DNA of 64,000 nt, from positions 3,609 through 67,608 of the forward strand of contig JAIFLN010000019.1 of the NCBI GenBank assembly GCA_020049045.1. Direction: 5' to 3'. Source of the DNA: Spirochaetota bacterium. GTDB taxonomy: Bacteria; Spirochaetota; Spirochaetia; JABEVK01. This document shows, in pieces, positions 9,901 to 21,383 of this stretch (position 1 is the stretch's first letter; every line of letters starts with the position of its first letter). The position numbers and the translations under genes were made by a program. The notes under the pieces are model-generated. The model had not been told where the DNA came from and did no database searches. It was given only the letters and a program-made list of their open reading frames with translations.

Positions 9901-11943
9901 TCAGCGTAGTCCCAATAGGTCCCGTTGAAGCACGGCCGAGACGGGCAATGGAATCGCTGCAGGAACGCTCGGAGGTTCCTTGACCAGAATGACTTCATCA
10001 CCGACGGCAACTGTATCAAAGAATCCGGTACGCTCCAATTTTCCCACCGTCGTCCAATCGTCCGAAACGCCCGCGGTCCAGGTACCGAAACTATCGGTGG
10101 GATTCCACACGAACCACGAAGCATCACCCGTAGGCTGAGCGGCGGAGTCTCTCACGACCGAGAACTTCTGATTGGGAGCGGTTCCATCACGCTTGCCGAG
10201 ATTGATCAGCAAATCGGCACCCTGTCGCTTGAGAATGCTGCCCCGAAGTGGAAAAGCTGCAGCTGTTGTCTGAGCCGACTCTCTGATACCCAAAGTCACG
10301 GGAAGAGTCCCTTTTTTATACACCGAAAAACTTTGAACCAATCTGCCTGTCCTGCCGAGGTAGAGGTTCACCTGGGAGGAAAAATCCCGCAAGCCTTCCT
10401 TGAACACCACCAAAGCGAAATACTCCAAGCCGGCTTGTCTTGCCTGAAGAAAGGCATCGTTGAACCCTCGGGCAGGCAAAGCCCTGCGGTCCTCGGCGGG
10501 TGACTCCAATCGCAACCACCGAAGAGCATCCCACTCATCCGCAAAAACTTCAGCGTAGGCCTGTACGGCTCCGTACTCTGTCGTGACCGAGGCGTCAGGA
10601 TCGTAAAACACACCTACCGCATAGGGCCTGTACAGCCGGCTGGTACCGGAGCTATTGAGTTCATCAAGGGCAGCTAGAGACAGACCCCATTGGGAGGCCA
10701 GCGATTTCTGATACAGACTGCGTTGTATCTCAAGGTCATCGAGAAACGCGACAGCTTTATAAGTGGGATTCTGAGCTGCAACAGCCTCGAGTTCTTCGAG
10801 AGCGCTGGTTCGGAAACCCTGACGTTTCCAGATATCGGCACGTCCGAGACGGGCTTTGACGGAGAAGGGATCGAGTCTAAGAGCACGCCGGAACTCATCG
10901 AGGGCCAGGGCCTGAAAATTCTTACCCACAAGCTCTTGGGCCCGTTCAAGATGCAACTTGGATTGACTCAGCCGCAACGGGTCTTCCGGAGCAGTTCTCC
11001 TCAAGAGCCATGTCTCATAAGCCAATGCATACGATTCGTTTGACGGATCAAATCCCAGAGCCATTCTGAAAGCTTCTGAAGCTTCAGCACCTCTGTCGAG
11101 TCGGCTTAAAGCCAATGCTCTCAAATACCAGGCCCGGGGATCCTTTGCTCCTCTTTGTGGTGTTGGCCGCTGAATCACTTTGCTGTCGAGAGTCTGAACC
11201 GCTTCCAAGTTCTTCCCTTCGTCCAGCAATAATCTTGCCTGCAACAGCCAGCCACGCAGATGGGTATCGCCCGATAAAAGCAGGGATTGATCCAGAGCAA
11301 CCCTTGCCGCCGGGCGGTCCTGACGTCGGTACAGTTCTTCCGCAGCGGTGAAATAGACGCGGGGATCAGAAGAGTGGAACCGGAGGGCATCGGAATACAC
11401 CCGGTCAAAGCCCACACGGTCCCCCCGTGCCGACGCCACATAGAGCAGTGACAACAATGCCCGCAGGTTGGTGGGATCGTCGCGTCTGAGAACCTCAAAC
11501 TGAGTGGCCGCCTGTTCCAGCCGGCCTTTCATGACCTGGTATTCCGCCAAACCGAACCGCGCCGCCTGATTCTTCGGTTCCCGGACCAAGACACCTTGAA
11601 AAAGGGCCAGGGCTTCCTCATATTTCATCTGTCCCAGAAGAATTCGGCCATAAAGCACATTGACTGAGGAATTGAGCTGCCCCAGTTTCAAGGCGGCCTG
11701 CACCTGCTTCGAAGCTTCATCATACTCGCCCAAAGCGAAGAAAGCCTCCGAAAGCCCTTGAAGAGCGTCAAAATACCGGGGATTCGACCTGAGGGCATCC
11801 CGATAAGCGTCGATGGCTGTCCAGTAATCGTCGCGTTGAAAAGCAGCCTGAGCCAGGCGATAAGACTCCAAAGCGGTTTGTGCCTGTGCTGTGACCGCCA
11901 AAATGGTCAGAAAAAAAAATACCAGCGGGAGGGTTCGCTTCAT
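9901..11943 (-). CDS. Secreted TPR-repeat protein
   Basis: 680 aa. Signal peptide (LPLVFFFLTILAVTAQAQ), then multiple TPR-like repeats (AxxAYRDALRSNPRY...), then a beta-rich C-terminal region. Confidence 0.6.
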   Translation of the reverse strand: MKRTLPLVFFFLTILAVTAQAQTALESYRLAQAAFQRDDYWTAIDAYRDALRSNPRYFDALQGLSEAFFALGEYDEASKQVQAALKLGQLNSSVNVLYGRILLGQMKYEEALALFQGVLVREPKNQAARFGLAEYQVMKGRLEQAATQFEVLRRDDPTNLRALLSLLYVASARGDRVGFDRVYSDALRFHSSDPRVYFTAAEELYRRQDRPAARVALDQSLLLSGDTHLRGWLLQARLLLDEGKNLEAVQTLDSKVIQRPTPQRGAKDPRAWYLRALALSRLDRGAEASEAFRMALGFDPSNESYALAYETWLLRRTAPEDPLRLSQSKLHLERAQELVGKNFQALALDEFRRALRLDPFSVKARLGRADIWKRQGFRTSALEELEAVAAQNPTYKAVAFLDDLEIQRSLYQKSLASQWGLSLAALDELNSSGTSRLYRPYAVGVFYDPDASVTTEYGAVQAYAEVFADEWDALRWLRLESPAEDRRALPARGFNDAFLQARQAGLEYFALVVFKEGLRDFSSQVNLYLGRTGRLVQSFSVYKKGTLPVTLGIRESAQTTAAAFPLRGSILKRQGADLLINLGKRDGTAPNQKFSVVRDSAAQPTGDASWFVWNPTDSFGTWTAGVSDDWTTVGKLERTGFFDTVAVGDEVILVKEPPSVPAAIPLPVSAVLQRDLLGLR

Positions 11944-12749
11944 AAGAGTCCATCCGGGGCCACTTCGGTAGTAAGCTGAATTTTAACAGTACGGATTTTA
12001 TATCCATCCATATTCTGGACAATAAACTCAGCACCCCGCCAGGCAACTTTCTCGTAGCGGACCGGGATTTTTCCAAACAAATCAAAAACAAAGCCACCGA
12101 GTGTGTCAAAATCATCATTCGGTAGATCAAGCCCCAGAATTTCGTTCAGATCGGCGATGGAAACACGGGCATCACACAGGTAGGTCCGATCACCTATTTC
12201 GAGAACATCCTCCACTGATGTGTCGAATTCATCTTGGATGTCTCCGACAATCTCTTCAATGATGTCTTCCATACAAACAATACCGGACACCCCGCCGTAC
12301 TCATCTACGGCAACCGCGATGTGGACATGACGGCGCTTGAACTCTTTGAGAAGGCTGTCAAGTTTCTTGGTCTCAGGGACAAAATACGGTTTCCTGACAA
12401 ACGTTGAAAGGTTGAGCTCCTGCGGAATTTCGAGGTGGTTTTTCATCAGATGCCGCAGCAGATCTTTGACATAGAGAATGCCGGTAACGTTGTCAATTGT
12501 CTCTTTATAGACAGGAAACCGGCTGTGCCCACTTTCAGTAATCCGTTGCATCATTTCGGCGAAGGTGATCTCTTCGGGAAGAAACACAACGTCAATCCGG
12601 GGGACAATCACCTCTTTAACGGTGGTGTCGCCCAGTTCAACAACCCCTTGAATCATCTCTTTTTCTTCGGAGTTGAGTTCATCGAGCTGAGGTTCATCAG
12701 CATGGACCTTGCGGCCGAAAAGCCGGTTCAACAGGGTCTTCTTTTTCAA
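11940..12749 (-). CDS. corC: CBS-pair plus CorC_HlyC domain protein (YbeX/CorC-like, magnesium/cobalt efflux associated)
   Basis: 269 aa. Two CBS motifs and the C-terminal CorC_HlyC pattern (GGFVFDLFGKIPV...GYKIRTVKIQ). Lies in the conserved ybeZ-ybeY-ybeX arrangement. Confidence 0.7.
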   Translation of the reverse strand: MKKKTLLNRLFGRKVHADEPQLDELNSEEKEMIQGVVELGDTTVKEVIVPRIDVVFLPEEITFAEMMQRITESGHSRFPVYKETIDNVTGILYVKDLLRHLMKNHLEIPQELNLSTFVRKPYFVPETKKLDSLLKEFKRRHVHIAVAVDEYGGVSGIVCMEDIIEEIVGDIQDEFDTSVEDVLEIGDRTYLCDARVSIADLNEILGLDLPNDDFDTLGGFVFDLFGKIPVRYEKVAWRGAEFIVQNMDGYKIRTVKIQLTTEVAPDGLL

Positions 12750-13210
12750 AATATTCGTTCCTTGATCTGGATCAGGACCGCCTCTTGGCGAATCAACATC
12801 GGTTCATCAACTTCGTTTGTACTATGATCCCAACCCATAAGATGCATCAAACCATGAATTGAAACCCTCTGTAACTCTTCTTGTGGTTCCACCCCAAAGT
12901 ATGCACCGTTGGCCCTTAATGTGTCCATGCTGATCACAAGATCCCCATAACAGCCGCGTCCACGTGGCGGACGGGGTGGTGCCGACGGAAACGACTCGGG
13001 TTCCGATTCAAAGCTGAGAACATCGGTGGCTTCATCCTTGTGCCTCCAACGGCGGTTTAGCTCCTGAATGGTGGAATCACCGGCCAAGGTGACACTGACC
13101 TCCCAATCTTCAGCACCGAGAGCGTTCAACGTCTTGAGAAGGAACGCTTTGTAGGCCGGGGCCCAGGGGGCGGACAGGCCTTCTTCCAGGATGAGATCAA
13201 GATCCTTCAT
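12746..13210 (-). CDS. ybeY: Endoribonuclease YbeY (rRNA maturation factor)
   Basis: HGLMHLMGWDH zinc-binding H3xH5xH motif. The ORF track extends to 13258, but start MKDLDL at about 13210 removes the 62-bp overlap with phoH. Confidence 0.75.
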   Translation of the reverse strand: MKDLDLILEEGLSAPWAPAYKAFLLKTLNALGAEDWEVSVTLAGDSTIQELNRRWRHKDEATDVLSFESEPESFPSAPPRPPRGRGCYGDLVISMDTLRANGAYFGVEPQEELQRVSIHGLMHLMGWDHSTNEVDEPMLIRQEAVLIQIKERIF

Positions 13211-14204
13211 GGTTCTCATAGGCTTCGATGATTTTTCGAACCAGGCTTGAACGCACAACGTCTTTCTTCTCGAACATACTAAAATGAACCTCAGGAATGC
13301 CTTCTAAAATTTTTCGGGCGTGAAGAAGGCCAGATTCTTGCGTTCGAGGAAGATCGACCTGGGTCAAATCACCGGTCACCACTGCTTTGGCTCCCTCGCC
13401 CAGCCTTGTCAGGAACATTTTCATTTGCGTCTTCGTCGTATTTTGAGCTTCATCCAGCACCACAAAGCAGTTCTTAAGACTTCGACCGCGCATATAGGCC
13501 AGAGGTGCGATTTCGATCACCCGGTTCTCTTCGAGCCGGTTGAGAATTTCAGCAGGAATGAGGTCTTCCATAGCGTCGTACAAAGGTCGCAGGTAGGGGC
13601 TGATTTTCTGAGACAGATCCCCGGGAAGAAAGCCCAGGTTTTCACCGGCTTCGACTACCGGACGGGTCAGAATGATCTTTCGTCGCTTCTTGGAAAGCAC
13701 TTCGGACAAGGCCTGAGCTATGGCGAGGTAGGTCTTCCCTGTGCCTGCAGGACCAATGCCGAAGGTGACATCGCAGCGGCGCATGGCTGCCACATAGTCC
13801 ACCTGATGCCAGCCCCTGGGAAAAACTTTTGTAAAACCCTGGGGGATAACAATGGCGGAATCTTGAAATTGTTGAAGCTTGGCTTCATCACCGTTGATGA
13901 GCGCATCATCCAGGCTGGTGATGAGGTCAGGATTGATCACTTGACCGAGTTTGTGGTGTTGGCCCAGAGTCCGTAAAAGCAGCCCGAAACGCTCCAAGAC
14001 GGCTGGATCCTCGCTCCGCAAATGCAGCTCATTACCCAGGGAATATACAGGGACACCTAAAACAGCCTCGAGGGCATCAAGGTTGGCGTGGCCTACGCCG
14101 CAGATTTGACCTAAGAAATCGTCTTCATCAATGACGATTTTGACGGTTGGTGTCAGGGAGGACTCCTCAGTTTTAAGTTTACGGGGGGGCACCGGCAGCG
14201 TCAA
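13197..14204 (-). CDS. ybeZ: PhoH-like ATPase (YbeZ)
   Basis: 335 aa; Walker A GPAGTGKTYLA and a PhoH-family C-terminal half. Its start overlaps the stop of the upstream gene by 4 nt. Confidence 0.85.
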   Translation of the reverse strand: MTLPVPPRKLKTEESSLTPTVKIVIDEDDFLGQICGVGHANLDALEAVLGVPVYSLGNELHLRSEDPAVLERFGLLLRTLGQHHKLGQVINPDLITSLDDALINGDEAKLQQFQDSAIVIPQGFTKVFPRGWHQVDYVAAMRRCDVTFGIGPAGTGKTYLAIAQALSEVLSKKRRKIILTRPVVEAGENLGFLPGDLSQKISPYLRPLYDAMEDLIPAEILNRLEENRVIEIAPLAYMRGRSLKNCFVVLDEAQNTTKTQMKMFLTRLGEGAKAVVTGDLTQVDLPRTQESGLLHARKILEGIPEVHFSMFEKKDVVRSSLVRKIIEAYENHEGS

Positions 14205-17200
14205 GAAGTGTTCTTGGCGATGGTCAACTTACCATCTTTGTCCCATTGCATTTGTGTCTTGAGTTCAGGAACAGGGTACCATTGGACCAAAACAGTCAAG
14301 GTTCCTACCCATTGGAACTGTTGGGTATTTCCACTGCCCTTGATCTGGGGAGATCCGCTGTAGTCGAGCTTGACGATCCAATCATCAAGGTAGTGGACCA
14401 GAGCGACCGTGAGGTTGGTCATCTTGAAACCGGTCCGGCGCAGTGCAGCTTGATCCCAAATGGAAAGGGCATCCCAAAGATCGGCGAGCGGGTTGACTGC
14501 GTCAACAGCTCCGTCTCCAAAGCTCTCGGCCAGTGAGGGAAAGTACCGATAAGCAGTCCTGTTGATGAGACCCTCGGAAACTTGAAAGTCCAAGAAACGG
14601 AAAAGTTTGTAGTTGGCTGTAAAGTTGAGGGTAAGCGGCATTTGGGAATACTGCTGTAAATTGATGGGCCAAGTGAGATTGACCTTTGAAGAAAACGTAT
14701 TGCGGTAATACCACCATTGGAGGTTGGGCAAATCAAGGGAATAGGTGAACCGCAGTTCTTGGGGAAGAAAATCCGTACCGCCGGAAACCACCCATTTGCG
14801 GGATGCTTTATCAAAACGGTAGGGGGTTGTCCTCTGTTGCCGATATTGTGCCGTTGCGCCCCAAGCTGTCAGAAGTGTGGTGGAAACCAAGGGGTAGGAC
14901 TTCTCAAGGTCATATTGAAAACTCTGCATGAGGGTAAGATTCGACACAGGCTTCCATTCAGCCGAAGATTCCCAGGGGTCATAGGTCCAGCTCGTTTCGG
15001 TTTGTTTTGCTGAGAGCTTGGTCGCCGCCTTGGCGGAAGGAACCGCCACATCGAGTCCTCCAGACCAAACCCGCAAGGTATCCAGAGGCGGCAGTGAGCT
15101 CTGCCAACCCGTCGAGAGCTTCAGGGAAGGTGCTCCGTCCAACAAATACCAGACGGCCTGAGCCGCAGTTTGATGGGAAGAAACGGTTTCTTTGGTACCG
15201 TTGAACAAAAGAGTGCGTTCAAAGTTCTCCTGCCAAAGAGCGGCATTGAACGTGTACTGAACGGAAGAATCTCGCCATGCCCCCCTCCCGATGAACGGCT
15301 TCCAGACAGACCCCAGGTTCTGAGTCAGGAGGCCTGAACTTTGTTGTCGGTCCTGAAGCTTGTACACATCACTTTGCGCCTTTGTTACCGTGGGCCCGAG
15401 GTACCAGCTGTCCTGCGCCTGCTGGTGGAGGTTGAATCCCTCGGTAACCGACCAGGAGCCATCGGAACGGCCACCGGTGAAAGTGAGGGCCCCATCATAG
15501 GCACCTATCCAACGTGAGGTAGAAACATTCCAGGTCGGGTCCGAAGGTTTCAGAACCAACGAGTTGTCGAACCGAGAATCTGTTCGTAAGGTAGGTTTCA
15601 GCGACCAGGTAGCTCCCGAGGTCCATTGCTCGTTGCGCATTTCCACCGGCAGCGGGTCCAAACGCGCGGGGGGAATCAAGTCTTCATTCGGATGGTTGGG
15701 CTTCAGGGAATCCGATTCTTTCTCCGGAACAATCTCAACAACCGGTTCAGGAGGAATCAGTGCATCTGTCTGATCTGAACGCACCCCCTCCTGCGAAAGA
15801 CCCAGAGCCGGAGGCCAGAGTGTTCCGCCCCAGTTGATTGACAACTGAGGAAAGGTCATCTGGGTCGGGAGGTAAAAAGTGTTTTCCGGATCCCCGGACG
15901 GACCGGAAGGAACAGCGGCCTTGGAATCCCATAGCAACCCGAAATTGGAGGTCGCCGGCGGCCAATTCAAGGTGCCGTTCCACTGCAGACTGGACTTAGA
16001 GGTTGCCACAGCCGTCGTTCTGGCTGGCCCAAGCCCAAGGAGCGACAGAATGCTGAAGTTCTCTGACCGGCTGCCTGAAAGATCGTTATAGAGAAGCGGG
16101 TCCGAGTAGTATTCCAATGCTAATCCACCCCAACCGGTATCGGCGTCCAACCGCCCCCCCCAACGGACAGGCAGACGGCTGGAACCAATCCAGCTTCCGT
16201 TCCAAGCTGACTGTTCCCAGGGATCGAGAGCGGCCTGGAACGGATTGACCGAATAGGGGAGACCAAGGGCATCCACAGTCCTCGTGACTCCAACCCCGCC
16301 AAAGGCATTGAGCGTCCGCAATGCACCGAGCCCCGGGAGAGAGGCTTCCATCCCCGTTAGGAACCCCAAATTACTGTAGAAATCTGCCTGATACTTCAAA
16401 AGCCATTGAGGAGGAACCGTGGGACTCGGAGCCTTTCCACGAACCAAGAAGAGTCCTCTCAGGACACGTTCAGTGTCCTGAGCTGTCGAGTCTTCAAGCT
16501 GAAGAAAGGACAGAGGAGCTGAATCCTTCTTTTTTTTACCAAAGATGTAGGTGGTAGTCTGAAGGCTGGTGCCCCTTCGGTCTGGTCCATCAGGAAAGGA
16601 AAGTACCGGATTGAAGAAGAAGTCATCACCAGGCTGGAAAAAGAACGGAAAGTAGAAAACTGGAACCCGTCCCAAGTAGAGAACTGCGTCTTCAAGTCCC
16701 CATTCTCCGGGTGCGAGTACGATGATTTTTTTAGCTTGAATTCGATAATACGGATCGGTGCCCAAGCTGGAGGTGATGGTTCCGGTGTTGAGAACGACCA
16801 GGTCAGCGGCGGACCGACGGATGGAGTCTCCTTGATAGCGGAACGTCAGCGTCTGATCTCCCACCGTTCTATTTCGCTCGGAAGATCCGCCGTAAAAGAT
16901 ACCTTGTGAATCAGAAAGACGAAACGTCAAGCTCTCGCCGCGGAAAACTTCTTTGGAGGAATCCCGAACCATGGTGTAGACAACTTGACCCCTGGCCGTC
17001 ATTTCCTCATTTGCCTGGTCGTACCAGAGTTCTCCGGCTTCAATGATGTGGGTCACATTTTTTTCATGATCAACCAGAGTGACCTGAAGTCCCCCCGAAA
17101 GACGAAGCATCTTTCCGCCACCTGGTACATCAACTGTAATCAAGCCGGCTTCCTGAGCACTGTCCACAGAAAGTGTCTTGCCGGTGGGTGGAACATCGGG

Positions 17201-17422
17201 AGGCAAAACAAGACCCCGCGCTTCTGCAATTCTGGAGCGGAGTTCAGAAACCCCACCAGTAACAGCCAGGCCAAGCTCTTTTGCCCTGGCGACCAACTCA
17301 TAATAGCCGGCTGTTTGCAACTCGGTTGCCAGACTGTCTGAAGTGGGCTCTGCCACCTGGGAAAAAGCCGGAAGCCCTCCAAAATGCCACAAACCAACCG
17401 CGAGGAGGAGTATCCGCCGCAT
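14201..17422 (-). CDS. LptD/OstA-family outer-membrane protein (LPS-assembly-like) with SAP-like N-terminal motif
   Basis: 1073 aa. Signal peptide. A SAP-like helix-extended-helix segment (YYELVARAKELGLAVTGGVSELRSRIAEARG). An OstA-N-like beta-jellyroll segment (LRLSGGLQVTLVDHEKN...ARGQVVY). About 800 aa of aromatic/Gly-rich beta-barrel-like sequence. Confidence 0.5.
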   Translation of the reverse strand: MRRILLLAVGLWHFGGLPAFSQVAEPTSDSLATELQTAGYYELVARAKELGLAVTGGVSELRSRIAEARGLVLPPDVPPTGKTLSVDSAQEAGLITVDVPGGGKMLRLSGGLQVTLVDHEKNVTHIIEAGELWYDQANEEMTARGQVVYTMVRDSSKEVFRGESLTFRLSDSQGIFYGGSSERNRTVGDQTLTFRYQGDSIRRSAADLVVLNTGTITSSLGTDPYYRIQAKKIIVLAPGEWGLEDAVLYLGRVPVFYFPFFFQPGDDFFFNPVLSFPDGPDRRGTSLQTTTYIFGKKKKDSAPLSFLQLEDSTAQDTERVLRGLFLVRGKAPSPTVPPQWLLKYQADFYSNLGFLTGMEASLPGLGALRTLNAFGGVGVTRTVDALGLPYSVNPFQAALDPWEQSAWNGSWIGSSRLPVRWGGRLDADTGWGGLALEYYSDPLLYNDLSGSRSENFSILSLLGLGPARTTAVATSKSSLQWNGTLNWPPATSNFGLLWDSKAAVPSGPSGDPENTFYLPTQMTFPQLSINWGGTLWPPALGLSQEGVRSDQTDALIPPEPVVEIVPEKESDSLKPNHPNEDLIPPARLDPLPVEMRNEQWTSGATWSLKPTLRTDSRFDNSLVLKPSDPTWNVSTSRWIGAYDGALTFTGGRSDGSWSVTEGFNLHQQAQDSWYLGPTVTKAQSDVYKLQDRQQSSGLLTQNLGSVWKPFIGRGAWRDSSVQYTFNAALWQENFERTLLFNGTKETVSSHQTAAQAVWYLLDGAPSLKLSTGWQSSLPPLDTLRVWSGGLDVAVPSAKAATKLSAKQTETSWTYDPWESSAEWKPVSNLTLMQSFQYDLEKSYPLVSTTLLTAWGATAQYRQQRTTPYRFDKASRKWVVSGGTDFLPQELRFTYSLDLPNLQWWYYRNTFSSKVNLTWPINLQQYSQMPLTLNFTANYKLFRFLDFQVSEGLINRTAYRYFPSLAESFGDGAVDAVNPLADLWDALSIWDQAALRRTGFKMTNLTVALVHYLDDWIVKLDYSGSPQIKGSGNTQQFQWVGTLTVLVQWYPVPELKTQMQWDKDGKLTIAKNTS

Positions 17423-17424
17423 GG

Positions 17425-20289
17425 TCAGCCGTGCGGAGTAGTATGGCGGTGAAGAATTTCCTTGAGGAATCTTCCCGTATGGGAGGTCGGATGCGCCGCC
17501 ACAGCCTCGGGGGTTCCACTAACCAGGAGAGTCCCTCCCCTGGCACCACCTTCTGGGCCCAAATCGACAATCCAATCGGACTGCTTGATCACATCAAGGT
17601 TGTGCTCGATCAAGATCACTGTGTTGCCCAGATCAACCAAGCGCTGAAGAACCTCAATCAGTTGCTTCACATCAGCAAAATGAAGACCTGTTGTCGGCTC
17701 ATCGATCACATAGACTGTTTTCCCTGTCGAACGTCTTGCCAACTCAAGAGACAGCTTGACCCGTTGCGCTTCACCGCCAGACAGAGTCAGAGCCGACTGT
17801 CCCAGTTTGACATAGCCAAGGCCGACAGATTGAAGGGTGCGCAGTTTATGGGCGACAGGTGTGATCCCTGAGAAGAAATCCACAGCCTCGTCCACGGGCA
17901 TCTCCAGCACTTCGTGAATGTTCTTGCCCTTGTAACGGACTTCCAAGGTCTCCCGGTTGAACCTCCTGCCCTGGCATACATCGCAGGTGACATAGACGTC
18001 AGGAAGAAAGTGCATTTCAATCTGTATGGATCCATCGCCCTCGCAATTTTCGCAGCGGCCGCCCTTGACGTTGAAACTGAATCGACCGGGTTTGTAACCG
18101 CGGGCCTTGGAATCGGGAAGAGTCGCATACAGGTCACGGATAGCGCCGAAGACCCCGACGTAGGTGGCCGGATTGGAGCGGGGTGTGCGACCGATAGGAC
18201 TTTGGTCAATGGCAATAATCTTGTCGAGGTTCATGATGCCTTGAAGGCTGTCATACTTTCCTTCAGGCAGCGGGGTGTCTCGGGTCAACTGGTTTTTCAG
18301 TGCGGGATAGAGAATGTCGCTCATCAAAGTGGATTTGCCCGAACCAGAAACACCCGTAATCACGCTCAGGGTTCCCAGGGGAAACTCGACATCGATTCCT
18401 TTGAGGTTGTGTTCCCTGGCCCCTTTCAAGATCAGTTTATTTCCGTTGCCTTCCCGCCTCGAGCGGTTGCTGTCGATGGTCAGAGCCCCGGAAAGATACT
18501 GCCCGGTGATGGATTCCGGGTTGGCGAGAATTTCAGCGACTGTTCCCTGAGCGATAATGAAACCGCCATGGATTCCGCTGCCGGGTCCTAAATCCACTAC
18601 GTAATCGGCAGTTCGGATGGTTTGTTCATCATGCTCCACCACAATCAGAGTGTTGCCGATGTCCCTCAGGTGCTTGAGGGTCTCAATCAACCGCTCGTTG
18701 TCTCTTTGATGCAGACCGATGGTCGGCTCATCGAGGATATAGAGAACACCGACCAACTGGCTTCCTATTTGGGTGGCAAGCCGGATCCGCTGGGCTTCTC
18801 CCCCGGAAAGGGTGGCAGCCTTGCGCTCAAGACTGAGGTAGTCGAGACCCACACTGACCAAAAACCCCAAGCGCGCTTTGATTTCTCTGAACACTTGGTC
18901 AACAATCTGGATTTCTGTTGACGTCAAAGGAAGGGTATCGAGAAATTTCAAGGTGTCACCAACAGTCATCTGACTGAGATCGTGAATGTTGATTCCACCT
19001 ACATAAACCGAGAGAACTTCGCGTTTTAGGCGTTTTCCCTGACAGGTTTCGCAGGGTTTCTGGATCATGAACTTTTCCAGCCAGGATTTGATGCCTTCGC
19101 TGGTGGTCTCCAAATACCGTCGTCTCAGGTCTTTCAAAATGCCCTTGAACTGGCTGGAGTACTCGAATTTTCCTGTACCGGACTGGTTCTGATACACGAC
19201 ATCGATGGGCTTTTCGGTACCGTAAAGCATAGCATTGAGGACAGCGGGAGACAGATCTTCCAGCGGGGTGTCGAGACTGAATCCGAGCGCCCGGCTGAGA
19301 GCTTCGAACCAGCTGCGGTGCCAGTTAGCTTCTGGATTATAGGGAACCACCCCCCCTTCGTTAAATGACAAGCGCTTGTCAGGAATGATCAGGTCAGCGT
19401 CGAATTCCATGGTAACGCCTAGGCCACTGCAGGCAGGACACGCTCCAAAGGGATTGTTGAAAGAGAACAAGCGGGGTTCGAGATCGGGAAAACTGACATC
19501 GGGATGGTCAGGACAACTGCCTTTCTCACTGAAGTAGTGTTCAACCCCGGAGCCTTCCTTCAAATCCACCACAACCACCTGGCCTTCGGCCATGGAGAGT
19601 GCCGCTTCGACGGCTTCTGCAAGACGACTCCGCTGATCCGGTCCGGTCACAATCCGGTCGACAACCACTTCAATGCTGTGTTTCTTCTTTTTATCCAGGA
19701 CGATCTCGTCCTCAAGGCTTTGAATTTCACCGTTGACGCGGACCCGTTGATAACCCAATCGCCGCGCATCCTCGAGAATCTTAAGATGCTCTCCTTTCTT
19801 TCCCCGAACAACAGGGGAAAGAACCATCAACTTGGATCCTGGCTCAAAGGCATTCACAGCATCAACGATTTGGTCAATCGATTTTTTCTCAATATCCCGG
19901 CCGCAGTCCGGGCACTGCGGCTTTCCTATCCGCGCGTAGAGGAGCCGATAGTAATCGTAAATCTCGGTGACAGTACCCACCGTAGACCTTGGGTTCCGGT
20001 GAGTGGTCTTCTGCTCGATCGAAATAGCGGGGGAAAGACCCTCGATAGAATCAACATCGGGTTTGTCGAGACGACCCAAAAACTGACGGGCATAGGCCGA
20101 GAGGCTTTCAACATACCGCCGCTGTCCCTCGGCAAAAATCGTGTCAAAAGCAAGGGATGACTTACCTGAACCACTTTTCCCAGAAATAACAATCAGCTTG
20201 TCACGCGGCAGGATCAGGTCGATGTTTTTGAGATTGTGCTCACGGGCACCTTTGATAATCAGTTTATCCACGGACGTTGACCTCACCAA
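17425..20289 (-). CDS. uvrA: Excinuclease ABC subunit A
   Basis: 954 aa; [13 protein letters not shown]-terminus, two ABC ATPase modules ([20 protein letters not shown]) and zinc-finger Cys clusters. Confidence 0.9.
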   Translation of the reverse strand: MVRSTSVDKLIIKGAREHNLKNIDLILPRDKLIVISGKSGSGKSSLAFDTIFAEGQRRYVESLSAYARQFLGRLDKPDVDSIEGLSPAISIEQKTTHRNPRSTVGTVTEIYDYYRLLYARIGKPQCPDCGRDIEKKSIDQIVDAVNAFEPGSKLMVLSPVVRGKKGEHLKILEDARRLGYQRVRVNGEIQSLEDEIVLDKKKKHSIEVVVDRIVTGPDQRSRLAEAVEAALSMAEGQVVVVDLKEGSGVEHYFSEKGSCPDHPDVSFPDLEPRLFSFNNPFGACPACSGLGVTMEFDADLIIPDKRLSFNEGGVVPYNPEANWHRSWFEALSRALGFSLDTPLEDLSPAVLNAMLYGTEKPIDVVYQNQSGTGKFEYSSQFKGILKDLRRRYLETTSEGIKSWLEKFMIQKPCETCQGKRLKREVLSVYVGGINIHDLSQMTVGDTLKFLDTLPLTSTEIQIVDQVFREIKARLGFLVSVGLDYLSLERKAATLSGGEAQRIRLATQIGSQLVGVLYILDEPTIGLHQRDNERLIETLKHLRDIGNTLIVVEHDEQTIRTADYVVDLGPGSGIHGGFIIAQGTVAEILANPESITGQYLSGALTIDSNRSRREGNGNKLILKGAREHNLKGIDVEFPLGTLSVITGVSGSGKSTLMSDILYPALKNQLTRDTPLPEGKYDSLQGIMNLDKIIAIDQSPIGRTPRSNPATYVGVFGAIRDLYATLPDSKARGYKPGRFSFNVKGGRCENCEGDGSIQIEMHFLPDVYVTCDVCQGRRFNRETLEVRYKGKNIHEVLEMPVDEAVDFFSGITPVAHKLRTLQSVGLGYVKLGQSALTLSGGEAQRVKLSLELARRSTGKTVYVIDEPTTGLHFADVKQLIEVLQRLVDLGNTVILIEHNLDVIKQSDWIVDLGPEGGARGGTLLVSGTPEAVAAHPTSHTGRFLKEILHRHTTPHG

Positions 20290-21330
20290 AAAAAAGAAGG
20301 GTCCGCCATCGTCGGATTTCCTGAATGATCTCTTTCAAAGGACGCTGACCAGAGACCATCTTGCCAGCCTTCTCTTGAGCTTCCAGCGCTTCGAGAGAAA
20401 CAATCAAGGTATCGAGGGAACGCTGCGTTCCCGCACTTCTGAGGTAATCCCAAATTGGCTGATATCGTACCAGCCAGCCCGGATTGGGCCCACCTGCTTG
20501 CGATGATGATTCCCGAATCCCAGGGGGTTTTCCCAGATAGTATTCCGACTGGTTATCGGAGAAAAGCTCATCAAGAGACCGGAAGACATACTCCGGATGG
20601 AGAACTTGAACCTGGACGATGACGGTACTAAAAATCCCCGTCAAGGCAAACAAGCTATGGCCTATTGCCTTCTTGTAAGCCTTGTTGGTGACAGACAAGG
20701 CGGCGATCTCCTGATGGGCCCTCAGAGAAAACCCTAAGGGATGCCTGTAGAGGTACAGCAGACGGTTCAGACCAACAAGGTTTTCCGACAAGCTCGGGCC
20801 CGAAGCCGTTTTCAAGTTCACGACAGTCGCTTTGGCCATCAAAGAGTTGTAGTAGCCATCCAAACCGCCGGATTCCTCTACCGCCCGGTAGGGCTGATCG
20901 TCGTGGAGAATTTCCCGCCAGGTTTCGAGGGCGGCTTCACCTTTTTCTACCGAGGTACCTTTGTCACTGCGCAGACGGAGGTCGGCAAGGGAATATAATA
21001 GGGCATATCGGTCGTCGGGCACCTGAAGCAATCCTCTTTCGTCCAACGCTTTCTGGAGCTGAGCCTCCTGAAGAGCGGTCCCTTCACCCTGGGCTGAAAT
21101 CCGAGCCAAGGCGGCCTCGGCTTCGGGGTAGATTCCCCTTCGGCTGACAGCCTGCCGAAAGAAGACCGTCGCTTCTCCGAAGCGTTTTTCCTCGAAAGCC
21201 TGCTGTCCCAGACCAAACAGCACCCAAGAAGGAAGCTTGTCGGGCTCAGGCGGATTCTGAGCTCCGACCAAGGTGGTAATGAGAAACACCAGAACAAATG
21301 ATGTAAAAGGGAATAAACGGAGGTTCATAA
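20264..21330 (-). CDS. Hypothetical secreted protein
   Basis: The ORF runs to 21571, but the likely start is [24 protein letters not shown] (signal peptide) at about 21330. No catalytic motif recognised. Confidence 0.35.
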
Positions 21331-21383
21331 GGGGCTTGGTCTCAAGATAGACCACGCCTCCGGAGGCGTCAAGGCGGCAGGTT

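Noticed and set aside
11911-11919. A9/T9 homopolymer at the 5' end of the secreted TPR gene (encodes FFF in the signal peptide)
   Set aside because: It sits in a hydrophobic signal-peptide segment where Phe runs are common, and there is no evidence of variability from a single sequence.
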